Of a stretch of 60,000 bases of DNA, positions 13,665 to 25,075 are shown piece by piece. The position numbers and the translations under genes were made by a program. This stretch comes from Schmidtea polychroa (taxonomy: Eukaryota), in assembly GCA_044892525.1 (NCBI GenBank), contig CM097885.1, forward strand, positions 30,940,001 through 31,000,000. The letters run 5' to 3'. Numbering within the stretch: position 1 is the stretch's first letter; each line of letters opens with the position of its first letter. The notes under the pieces are model-generated. The model ran no database searches. It saw nothing but the letters and a program-made list of their open reading frames with translations, and had not been told where the DNA came from.

Positions 13665-13720
<56 letters not shown>

Positions 13721-14479
13721 CAACGATTTAAACAAATTAAATTATTATGTAATCGATAATTAAAACAAAAATTATTAGTTCTAAAATTAAGAGGCACCAT
13801 TCTAAAAATATTAGGCATCGTTCTAAAAGTATGACGTAATCGTTCTAAAAATATTTGGCATCGTTCTAAAATTATGACGTAATCATTCTAAAAATATTAG
13901 GCATCATTCTAAAAATATTAGACATCGTTCTAAAATTATGATGTAATCATTCTAAAAATATTAGGCGTCGTTCTAAAAGTATGATGTAATCATTCTAAAA
14001 ATATTATGCATCGTTCTAAAAATATTAGGCATCGTTCTAAAAGTATGACGTAATCATTCTAAAAATATTAGGCATCATTCTAAAAATATTTTTGAAAATA
14101 ATAATAATTTTTTCATCAATCAGTGTCGGACTAAAAAATTAATAACTTTTATACCACTAGTGATAAAAATTATTTCGATAGCTCAAAAGATTTGTCTCTG
14201 TCTGGTCTTCAAAATGATGTATAAATATTCAAATAATTTTGAAAACTCAAAAAGTTCTGGGAAGTCAAAAGGTAGGTCACCGCCAGCACAGTTAATAATA
14301 TTTTTGAAAAATAATAATATGGCATCGTTCTAAAAATATGTGGCATCGATTACGTAATAGTTCTAAAAATATTAGGCATCGATTACGTAATAGTTCTAAA
14401 AAAAAATTTTTCCGCCGGGGGGGAGGGGGTATATGTGGTCTGGAGGGCCCCTGGTCTGGATGGCCCCAATCATACTACT
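12152..14479 (-). repeat. Right terminal inverted repeat (~2.3 kb) of the Polinton-like element
   Basis: Reverse complement of 4272-6655. Confidence 0.93.
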
Positions 14480-15100
14480 GAGTAACAATAATAATAAAAT
14501 TTGGTTATATAATACATTATATACATAAAATACATACAAGCAACAGAAATTTAAAAAGAAGATATTTGAAAAACTTCAATTTGAACTTCCAAAATTGCAT
14601 TTATGTAAATTAAAAGGCACAATTTCAAAAACAAAATTGTATAACAGTGGGTGGGTTACAATTATCCCTATTTTACCCTTTTGTGCTGCTTCCAGAGTGA
14701 CCCAAGATACAACTGATTCGTTCTACCATCTAACACCCGTTGAGTGATCAACGTTGGTAATGTGTCGCATAGGTGAATACTTGCGAATAGTGAGCATACT
14801 CCGGTATACTGTAATCCTCAAGTATCCTGGAGGGTTTACGGACTGCCTATAGAAGGCTTATGTCCGATTTCGCTTAGGTTCCATTTTTCTACGCTTCACA
14901 AATTCTCACCCACGAATGTTATAAAAGGATATCCTAGCCCTTAAGAAATAACTCTGAGGAAATCTACTGCACACTCGAATAATAAATAAACACTGCGCAA
15001 TCACATCTTTTATTTGAATATAAATGTAAAATAGATCAATTGGTAATAGCACGATCAGAGTCATCATCGTTAGTTAGCGTTCGATTAATGTTTTCAAAGA

Positions 15101-15494
15101 TTCAGACATTTTTGTGTGTTCGGCTTTTCCCGCGTTTGTTGTGTCACTTGGACCGATCTTTAGTTTGCACTGGAGATGCTATTGTGAGGGAAAGAGGTTC
15201 CGGGCTCTTTGGTTGTACTGCTTAATCGTCGAGACCCTGCAATCTCAGAAGCCGGTTGAGGGAAACTTGGTGGTCCTGCGCGTCCTGTTGTTTAAATTGG
15301 AGCTTTAGGGCCTGGATGTCTAGTCGGTTCTATGTTACTTGCTCTTAAAAGACCTCGATCTGTCGAAGCCGTTTCTTCATGGCTTCTGGGCGAAACCAGG
15401 TGTTTTCTATCCTTCGCATCTGAATCTTGAGCGCTCCCATTTGGGCTCAAAATCTCTTTACCTGTTGCAGCGCACTTTTCCTGTCGACCCGCAT
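15101..15494 (-). pseudogene. Decayed ORF of an unknown family, related to 48272-49000
   Basis: One frame with several stops: MRVDRKSALQQVKRF*AQMGALKIQMRRIENTWFRPEAMKKRLRQIEVF*EQVT*NRLDIQALKLQF...HNKRGKSRTHK. It is preceded by a tattttcag acceptor-like site. Confidence 0.45.
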
Positions 15495-15791
15495 GTTCTC
15501 CAACAAATTTATCACTAACTGAAAATATAGGTATTTTAATATTAGTTTAAGATTACGATCGGTATAGGCAAAAAAATAAATTGTTTAATTTTAGTAGCCG
15601 CGGTTACCGTTGGCTAAGGCTTTTGCTCTTATTGATCATCCTTTGACGATAGAACTCAATTTGTTACTATTATTATTACTATTACCCTTAAGTATTATCA
15701 TCTTTGTCATTATCCTCGACATGATATTATTATTAGTGTTAAAAATCCCATTATCGTGATTATTATCATTATTATTATTACTATAATTATA

Positions 15792-15836
<45 letters not shown>

Positions 15837-18800
15837 GGGCTAGAACTGATTTCTAAACCCAAAGTTAGGAAGGGGACGAAATGTGTCAGTACACAACACG
15901 CATACTCGGCATTAAATTTACTTAAATAAATATATATAAAAACACCAAGTAAACAATGATAATAGAGAGATAATACACCCAAAAATAAAACATCTGAATT
16001 AAAGGTAAAATAAAACACCAGCAAGAAATATCACACGAAAACTTACTCAAATATAACCGAAAGACATAAAACAACAAAAACAAATTCGAATAAAGGCGAT
16101 TAGTAAAGATTAAAAAGAAAAATAAAGAAAATCTCCGTAAAATCTTACGTAAAGAAAATTATATCAAAATTTTGAATAAAAATCCAGAACAATCCATAAT
16201 TCATCATAGCCGTCAAACGACTCAATAAAATTTATAAAAAATAAATATTTTAGTTTAAAAATATTAAAAATTTAGAAAAAGATTCATAAAAACAAATTAA
16301 AAATAAGAAATAGATTAAATTTACACATCAAACAGAGATTATATAAACTAACACATTTCTTCACTTTTCAATGCTTACTCTTATGCCAAAATTTTGATTT
16401 TGATTTTTCTGAGATTGTAAGTAAGGACGATTTCATTGTAAATTATAAATTATTATTATTCAAACATCGTTTTCATTTTTCCATTTAACTAAAGAGGTGT
16501 AGGTCTTAGTGAGATCGTCGGTTATCATTGATTTTGAAGCGAGATCCCAGCCAACCCTGCCACTATGTTTTTTTTCGTTGTTGGGTCCACAACCCCCAAC
16601 GATTACGGGTCTATGACCCAACATGAACTAAAATGAATTTTACTACCAGAGGTTGTCACGAAAAAATGGTGTTCAACCAAAGAGTAGGGTGCATAAATCC
16701 ATCTTGGTAGTCGGCATAGTCGTTACGGCTATGCGGACGAATTAACTTATAATAATTAAAGGGTCTATGACTCCCACATAACCATAGTACCTATCGTACT
16801 GAACTAAGTGTAGTTGGGAAAGTAGGCAAATTTTAATTAATGGACCTTTTTGCATTAAATTACACACCTAATTTCACACTCAAATTCTCTTCTTTACATA
16901 ACACTAGGAATCGATAAACGGGGAATATCTCCTGGTTCAAATTTCTCACAATACAAAATGCTAGTGTAGCTGGTTATTTCTAAACGAATCCCTCTTAAAC
17001 TATAAAGTCAAGGTGAACCTAAGAAACTAATTAACTCAAAATAGCAGGGAGATTCCTGCACAAAATATTTAAAGCAACTAAAGACTTAAAAATTCTGAAC
17101 TATTCCTCGTAAGAATGATGCAACCTAAAGTTCATACGAAGCGTAGGACCTAATCTAAGCGAACTAATATCTATAGATGCCCACAAAATAATCTATTTTG
17201 ATTTAAACTAAAATTCTCTATCGTAAATGGTCTTGGTATGCCCAAATTCCCCGTCAACATACTGACAAATGTTTCCTTATCTATAAACTGCTAATGTCAT
17301 ATTTATAACTTATAACTCGGGCAAAGTCTTCCCATTATTATACATTAAGTTGAATAGCTATGAAAAGTAAATTGTCGGCACAAAAGTTAAGTAATTACAA
17401 TATATAAATTCATAAAGAAAAAATTTTCCGGTTAAAATGTTTTCATTCGATCCAAAAGCTGTTGAAATAATAATTTACAGGCATAAATTTTCTATAGATC
17501 TTAAGTATGTGTTTTATTTTTTTAGAAATTTTTTTTTAATTAATAGCCCCGCAAATTGTGTAATAGTCTAAATCAATGTTAACAATACTAATTCAAATTA
17601 GATATCTAGATAATAAACTCACGAAACTATAAATTATAATTTTTTCCTAATTACCCTCCCCTCTAAGTTATATAATATTTGAAACCAATGTTCATAGTAA
17701 TGTTCATAGTAATGTTCATAGACCAAGTTACTATTAGTAAGTCTAAATTATAAATGTATATATTAAACTTATAGAAGTATAATTTACTTTTTTCATAAAT
17801 ACCTCCCCCAGCTGTATACTGATCGAAAACAATATTAATATTCGTAAAACCCATGTTGAACTACAAGGATGAAAATATTTGGATTGTGCTTGTTAATGAA
17901 CTCATTAATACTTTTATCGCTAAAGGAATCACTTCCCGCCTCATTATTCATATGACCAATTATGATTATTGACAATATTCCCATATCACTATCCCCATTA
18001 TATTTCGAATTCCTACAATCATTAATATGCTCTCTATTATCTATACTGTTATACTTATTTACTATTATCAGTTGTTGGCATTATCATTATTAAAAAATTA
18101 TTATTATTAGCATCATTATTAGTATTAACATTGCTTTCATCTACCTAATATTACATGTTATTACCCCTTTTATTTGCTATTATTAGTTGTTGTCATTACC
18201 ATTATTAAATTAATTATTATTAGCAGAATTATTAGCATAGACATTGTTTTCATTTACTCCATATTATATATTATTACCCTTATCAACGCGCAACCATAAT
18301 ATTAATTCTTAATGTGTGCCATTAATTTAAGAATCTATATATAAAAATTTGGTTTAATATCGATTTAATGATTTTCTTAGATCTAATTATAGCAATGGAA
18401 TATACCCACCAATGAGGTTGCGGAAAACAAAATCTAATTATAGTAACAACCCCTAATTACAGCATCAACGACCACCTTCCGGTAGGACACTAAAATACAA
18501 CTAGTGGCCATACACACTCACAATAGGAACGAACCAATCACAGCAGTATTAAATACAACTCTGGAAAGAACCCCTGTCATAATAACAACCTCATGTCAGG
18601 ACAACCATACCCTTCAACCACATAGTTTCAACCTTTAAACCCAGAACCCAAGCCCCTTGAGGCAACTGGTACATCCTAATACCGAAAAAGGGAATCAATA
18701 ATTATTTTTAATAAAAACAACTGAAAGAGAACTCAACAAAAAATTTTTATTACACCCAAAATGGAAAAATCCATCACCACCATGTAGTTTTATCAACCAT

Positions 18801-19681
18801 GAATACGCAAAGCGGCTTCCCCTTCAATTGACCAAATCCCTGTCTCTGGGAATTCCTATCAGAACCGCCAATCACCTCGACCAAGCTGATGTCACCGTCT
18901 AGATTCTAGAATAACGGATAAATAAACTAACCAATAATTACCTTAGTACCTTCTAAATAAAGAGTTAAATACTTACCATTCCCAAACCTTAAAATAGTCC
19001 GAAACGAAATCTCATCAAAACCAAAAACCAGAGAACGAACTGCCGATGGCAAAATTATACATAATTAGCCTGTAACTGTAAGCAATTGGATTTGAATTTT
19101 TCACGAATAGGCATAACTAAAATTCTTAAACCGAAATTTGTAAACAGTAAAATAATGACGATTAATGAGCCATAGCAAAGCAACTGGGCCCGCAGGAAGT
19201 ATCAAGGCCAAAAAATAAAAATGGAGTTGATAGCTCCTGGTGACCAAGTCCTTCCTTGTGGTCAATAGTATACGCCCTGAAATAAATAGCCTATAATTAC
19301 TAAATTTTAAATAATTTTAAAAGATAATTTTTGTTAAATTATAAATTCAAAAGGAAATGTTGACGCTCAAAAAACGTAATGGGTTTAAACAAGCGAATTG
19401 ATGCTGTTTGGTAAATTATATAATTAATTATTAAATTAAGTAATTATTGGTGTGAGGTTAAATAGGAAATTGGTAGGAAATAGGAAACTAATTAATAGGA
19501 AACTAACTACCATAGGAAATTAGTAGTTAAATTTAGGAACAACCAGAATAAAAATTCGAAGACGAAATATTAAAAAGATGAAAATTTTATAATTAAAGCC
19601 TAATAGCATTTATTTTTATCTGATTGAATTTCTAAATCACTTCGAGTTGGACGACTTGTTCAAATTATCAAATTTGAAGTA

Positions 19682-19974
19682 TGTTAGACGCAATTAAATT
19701 CAAGTCTTCTTCAAGCATTTATTTTTATAACAACTTCAAAATTGTGCCGTTTACTAGAGTATTTAAACACCGAGGCGTGATAATTATTAACATTAATGAA
19801 TTTACTGGTCATATATTTAATTGATTTAATTTAATATAATTTAATATAATATGATATAATTTAATATAGAATTTAAATATAAAGATTTAACAGAAATAAT
19901 TATTTCTACTAACTGATCTCACTTCTACCATTTAACCATAATAATTTTATATAGAGATTTACTAACTCCTTACA
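19682..19974 (-). repeat. 3' LTR of the Gypsy element (293 bp)
   Basis: Direct repeat of 24318-24590. I count 8 substitutions and a 20-bp indel. The PPT aaagaaaggggga (19975-19987, minus) abuts it. Confidence 0.96.
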
Positions 19975-22900
19975 TCCCCCTTTCTTTAAAATGTTTTAAC
20001 TTTTCTATATTCCTCGTTATTTTCCTCCCGTTTTCGTCTGCTAATAAGTAACTTCTTTCATGATTTCGTTTTATTACTGTGTATGGTCCTTCATATCTCT
20101 CGTGATCTTTGTTTCTAATTTCTTGTTTCACCAATACTTTGTCCCCTACTTCTAAGTTCCTAGTTGTGCCAATTTCTTTCGCTTGCTGTCTTTTAGCCTC
20201 TAATTTCCGCATGATTTCATTTCTATCCACTTCATTATTACTATGCCATTGCGATCTATTATTCTTTCTTCCAAATATAATTTCTGCTGGACTCACTCCA
20301 TTAGTTTTTTGAGCTGTCGCATTTAAAACGTATTCTATATCAGGTATTATTTCTGCCCAACTTTTTTTAACTCCTTCTCTGAGTGACGCGTTAATATAGT
20401 CTCTTATAGTACGAAATTGTCTTTCAATTACACCATTAGTATTATGATGATACGGACTCGAAAATATCAACTCAATTCCTGCTGCCTTTGCTAGTTCTTT
20501 AATGCTATTTGCTTCGAAATTCTTTCCACAATCAACATGTAATTCCTTAGGGGCTCCAAATTTCAATATCCAATTATTTAACAAAACTGCCTTTATTGTA
20601 TTTTCATCTTGCTTTCTAATAGGAGTTAGAGATATATATTTACTGTAATGATCGATTATTGCACAAATATATTTTTCACCTCTGAAGGTTTCTCTTAATG
20701 GACCGCAAATATCCATGTATATTTTCTCCATAGGTTCTGAAGCTTGAATTACTTGGGTTTTTTCTTTTGACTTTGTAGTTAAAACTTTGTTTTTCTGGCA
20801 TGCTTCACATATTGAAATAGTCTCTTTTACTTCATTTAGCAAATCTTCCATATCAAAATTGTTCCTAATATATTTCATAACTTTTTCTACTCCTGCGTGG
20901 CATAATAATAAATGTGTTTCCTTAATCATTTCTCGTCTTTTTGTTTCTGGTATCCATATTTTGTTTTGATTGGTATAGATAATATTTCCTTTTAATATAT
21001 ATTTATTATTTTTCCTTTCATTGATTTGATTTTTGATATTTTGTATTTCTGCATTATCTCTTTGCCATTCATTTCCATTATTTTCGGTCATCAATGTTAA
21101 CAATCTAGTTTTTAATCGCCCTGATTTGGGGTTATCATGGTCCATCAAACATTGTACACATTTGCCGCATGTATTTCTAGACAGCATATCTGCATTCGTA
21201 AGCGCCGTACCTTTTCTGAACTCCATTTTTATGTCTAAACTGCTCAAGTATTTTATCCACGTTTGGAACTGTGCTGTTATAGGTTTCTTTGTCGTTAACA
21301 TAAAAGTCATTGCTTTATGATCTGTGCGCAAAACAAACCGTTTACCGTATAAATAATGGTTGAAATGGCGACAGAAATAATATATAGCCAAAAGCTCTTT
21401 TCGTGTTATACAATATCCTCTTTCATGGCTGCTCATTGCATGGGATCCATATGCAATAACGTGTTCATGCCCCATTTCATCTCTTTGTGATAATACAGCT
21501 CCAATTGTATCAAAGCTTGCGTCTGTATCTAATATGAATTCTTTCTTGAAATCTGGAAATACGAGAATTGGCGCTGTAGTCAACGCCATTTTCATTTCTT
21601 CGAAAGCTTTCTCACATTCCTCAGTCCAGATTATTTTTTCACTATTGCTTCCACATATGCTTTCTAGCGCTTTTCATTTTGTTGCATATTCCTTAATAAA
21701 TCTCCGATCATAGTTACATATACCTAAAAAGCTTCTCAAATTCTTTATACACTTAGGCCTTTGAAATGATTTAATAGCCTCAATTTTACTTTGATCTGTC
21801 CGAATCCCCTGACTGTTAATAATGTGCCCTAAAATCTTTACTTCGCTCTTTAATAACTGACATTTTTATGGGTTGATTCTCAATTTAGCTTCCCTTATTT
21901 TCTCTAGAACTTTTCCAAACACATTGTAATGTTCTTCAATTGTTCTTGAAAAAATTAAAATATCGTCTAAATACACCATAACTCCTTCTTTCCATAGATC
22001 TTTCAATATTTTTGTCATTAATTCATGGAATGTACCCGGTACCGCCGCAATGCCAAAAGGCATTCTATTAAAACAAAATTGCCCTTCTTTAGTAGAAAAT
22101 GCTGTCTTTTCTAGCGATCCTATGTCCAAATTCACTTGATAATAAGCGTTCCCAAGATCTATAGAACTAAAGTACTTAGATCCATGTAATGTATCTAAAA
22201 TTTCTTCTACATTCGGCATAGGAAAAGCTTGTTTTCAGTAATCTTATTAAGCTGTCTAAAATCTAAACAAAGTCTGATATCTTTTTTGTCTTTTTTCCAC
22301 ACGCATACTAACGGCGTATTCCAAGGTGAATTACATCTTCTTATGATATCATTATTTTCTAAATTCTTTATGGCAGCATTTATTTTCTCCTCTAAATTGA
22401 TGGGTTGTCTTCTGAGTTTTATCATAATTGGCCCTTCTTTTGTGATGATTTTATGTGCAATTAAATCAGTACATCCGATATCCCAGTTATTAGCCATAAA
22501 ACACTTTTATTGTTTTTAACAATCTCTAACAGTCTTTTATTTTCGTTTAATCTTAGAATTTCTATTGCTTTTTGACATCTCTCGTTATCTGTAATCTTTT
22601 CCCCAAATCTAGCTTCTATTTCACACACAAATTCATTATATCCTTCTTCATTTTGCTTGATGTAGTTTAATTCAATTCCAAACTCTTTCTGTAATTCCAC
22701 TCCGCCTATTATATCTGGAACAATATTTTTAACTATTATAAATGTTATTTTTCTTTCCATATTACCAATTCTAACATCAATATATATTTTTCCGATTGTC
22801 TCTAATTTACTATCATTTGCACATCTTAACATCTCATCTGTTTTTATGATTTTCACATTCACTAATTTGTCCACAACTGCTTCTGCCATTACATTTACTC

Positions 22901-22988
22901 TTGCTCCTGTATCTAGTAAGCATTCCATTCTATAGCCCTGAATTTCAAGAGTTGTACTCGGTCTACCTTGCATTTTTTCATAACTCAA
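19970..22988 (-). pseudogene. pol: Gypsy pol (protease, RT, RNase H, integrase) broken by frameshifts
   Basis: Protease LLDTGA (22461-22988); RT SPWNTP...CLDFRQLN and MPFG...YLDD (21866-22497); RNase H DAS...YCITRKELLAI; integrase HHCC, DDE core and GPY module (19970-21595). Frameshifts lie near 22490, 22220, 21866 and 21670. Confidence 0.96.
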
Positions 22989-23355
22989 TTTCGGTCGTTT
23001 CCATTCATCTTTAGTGAAAATATTTTGCTCCTCTGATATTTCATTAATCCATCCAATTTCCTTTCTCTCTAATTTATCTTCTACCTTTTAATAAATTTAT
23101 AAACTTTTTCATTTACTATTTTATCATTATATTCTGCTTCTTTAATTTCATTATACTCTTCTTGATTCTTCGGATTATTATTATTATTATTTATTAAAGA
23201 TCAGCATTAAAATAACTATAACATTTAAAATTATTTAACGGAAACTTTTTAAAATTACCAATTTTATTACATAAAGGTTCTACATTATTATATATAAGGA
23301 TTATTTACATTATTAAAATTATTATGACCAATATTTACATCAATATCAAAATTAC

Positions 23356-24318
23356 CTAGTATATTGCTCCGATCATTGGCATCGTCTCATCATTAGCTTC
23401 AATTGCTGCAATTGTTCTTCCTGGATTGTGGATCTTTTGTTGATAGCTTGTGGTTCGATGGGCATAATAATTATTGTTTCTCATGTTTGAATTAGTTTGA
23501 AACTTCCTTCTTTCCAAATTTGTATAGCAGTCAATCTCCTTGTGTCCACGTAAGTGACATCTCTGGCATTGAATAGTTGAACATTCTCGCCGTACGTGGC
23601 CTTCAACTCCGCATGCAAAACACGTCATTTTCTTTTTCATTTGGCATTCTCGACTAACATGACCAGTTTTCTTGCATGTCCAGCATTCCAATTGTCGGTT
23701 ACTGACGTTTCGCTGCTTGAAATTATTATTTCCGTTTACCATTCCTCTTTGAGCAACATCTCTGTAGCTTCTGTAGTTTTGTACAACCGGTGAAGTCTTC
23801 ACAACATTAATATGACCCATAATTTTGTTTACCTTTTCTAATTTCTTTATTGTCGCTTTTATTTCTTCTGATGTTTTCAAATCTTTCATCTCGATCTCTT
23901 TTTTAACTTCTCGATCTCTTACACAGTTTGTAAGCAGGCATTTTTCTATTTCTTCTTCATCCCATTTGTGCGCTATTAATTTCTTTGTCATCTTTTTAAT
24001 TTTCTCTATAAAAGTTTCGGCTGAATCTGATCCTTGTTCATAACTCAAAGCTCCTTTTAGATCATCCATTAATGATGTCGCTTTCGAAAATGCATATCGA
24101 AGTTTCTCTTCCATAGTTTTTCCTTCGGCTGCTTCATAATCTTCCATTAGCGATCTGTCAAGTAATGTTGTAGTTAATATTACTTGCATCCTAATTGTTG
24201 TTTTTGTCGCGCCAAAAAACCTTTGACAATCCTTGATAAAATTTTCTAAATCATCGCCTTTGTGAAATTTCTCAGGTAATAGTCTGCTTATCAATAAATC
24301 CGTGGTCGTGGTCGCCAT
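23356..24318 (-). CDS. gag: Gypsy gag with three CCHC zinc knuckles
   Basis: Open frame from ATG at 24318 (MATTTTDLLISR...) containing CWTCKKTGHVSREC, CFACGVEGHVRREC and CQRCHLRGHKEIDC. Confidence 0.93.
   Translation of the reverse strand: MATTTTDLLISRLLPEKFHKGDDLENFIKDCQRFFGATKTTIRMQVILTTTLLDRSLMEDYEAAEGKTMEEKLRYAFSKATSLMDDLKGALSYEQGSDSAETFIEKIKKMTKKLIAHKWDEEEIEKCLLTNCVRDREVKKEIEMKDLKTSEEIKATIKKLEKVNKIMGHINVVKTSPVVQNYRSYRDVAQRGMVNGNNNFKQRNVSNRQLECWTCKKTGHVSRECQMKKKMTCFACGVEGHVRRECSTIQCQRCHLRGHKEIDCYTNLERRKFQTNSNMRNNNYYAHRTTSYQQKIHNPGRTIAAIEANDETMPMIGAIY
24307..24317 (-). promoter_or_regulatory. Primer binding site (probably tRNA-Arg)
   Basis: TGGCGACCACG immediately follows the 5' LTR and is complementary to a tRNA 3' end ...CGUGGUCGCCA. 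The tRNA-Arg assignment is from recall, not a search. Confidence 0.75.
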
Positions 24319-24590
24319 GTTAGACGCAATTAAATTCAAGTCTTCTTCAATCATTTATTTTTATAACAACTGCAAAATTGTGCCGTTTACTACAGTATTT
24401 AAACACCGAGGCGTGATAATTATTAATATTAATGTAATTACTGGTCATACATTTAATTGATTTAATTTAATATAATTTAATATAGAATTTAAATATAAAA
24501 ATTTAACAGAAATAATTATTTCTACTAACTGATCTCACTTCTACCATTTAACCATAATAATTTTATATAGAGATTTACTAACTCCTTACA
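24318..24590 (-). repeat. 5' LTR of the Gypsy element (273 bp)
   Basis: Direct repeat of 19682-19974 with TG...CA ends. Confidence 0.96.
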
Positions 24591-25075
24591 AAGTAAATAG
24601 TAAAATTCACATATTATACAAGGGCGTAGAATGTAGAATTACCCTAAGTAAGCAGTTGATCACTCAACGGGTATCAAGCGGTAACACACATAATTGTATT
24701 CTGGGTTGCGATGGAAACAGCTTGAAAAGGTAAAATATTTCCATTATCAATCCCATATTATTATTATTGTTATCGATATCAATTTACTGGTGCAATACCC
24801 TAATGATTCAAGGTTGTACTGCCCTCAAACAAGCATTTTCGATTTCTTCAAACTATCATTTTCGATACTGACTCTGATACTGATGACGCACGACCACTAT
24901 TTGGTTTTCCATCACCTGTAGTATAGGCCGTATACTATCAGTCATGTCATGCCAGGATCTGCCGAAATCACAACATTCTAGCTAGAATAGATTGAGGATT
25001 AAAAACAGAAGTATATATTTTTTTAAATTTCAGATTAGAATTTATTCATTATGATTTATATTCTAACGTTTATTA

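Larger units (their letters stand above)
4272..14479. mobile_element. Non-autonomous Polinton/Maverick-like element with very long terminal inverted repeats
   Basis: Termini are AGTAGTATGATTGGGGCC...GGCCCCAATCATACTACT with 6-bp flanks gagtag (4266-4271) and gagtaa (14480-14485). AGTAGT termini and a 6-bp TSD are Polinton hallmarks. No pPolB, integrase, ATPase, protease or capsid ORF is recognisable inside. Confidence 0.75.
19682..24590 (-). mobile_element. Full-length but frameshifted Ty3/Gypsy LTR retrotransposon (4.9 kb)
   Basis: Two TG...CA LTRs, perfect 5-bp TSD AAGTA (19677-19681, 24591-24595), PBS, PPT, and gag-PR-RT-RH-INT domain order. Confidence 0.98.

Noticed and set aside
20109..24043. 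Plus-strand ORFs over the Gypsy element (likewise antisense ORFs over the pogo and hAT)
   Set aside because: Antisense shadows of real TE coding frames.
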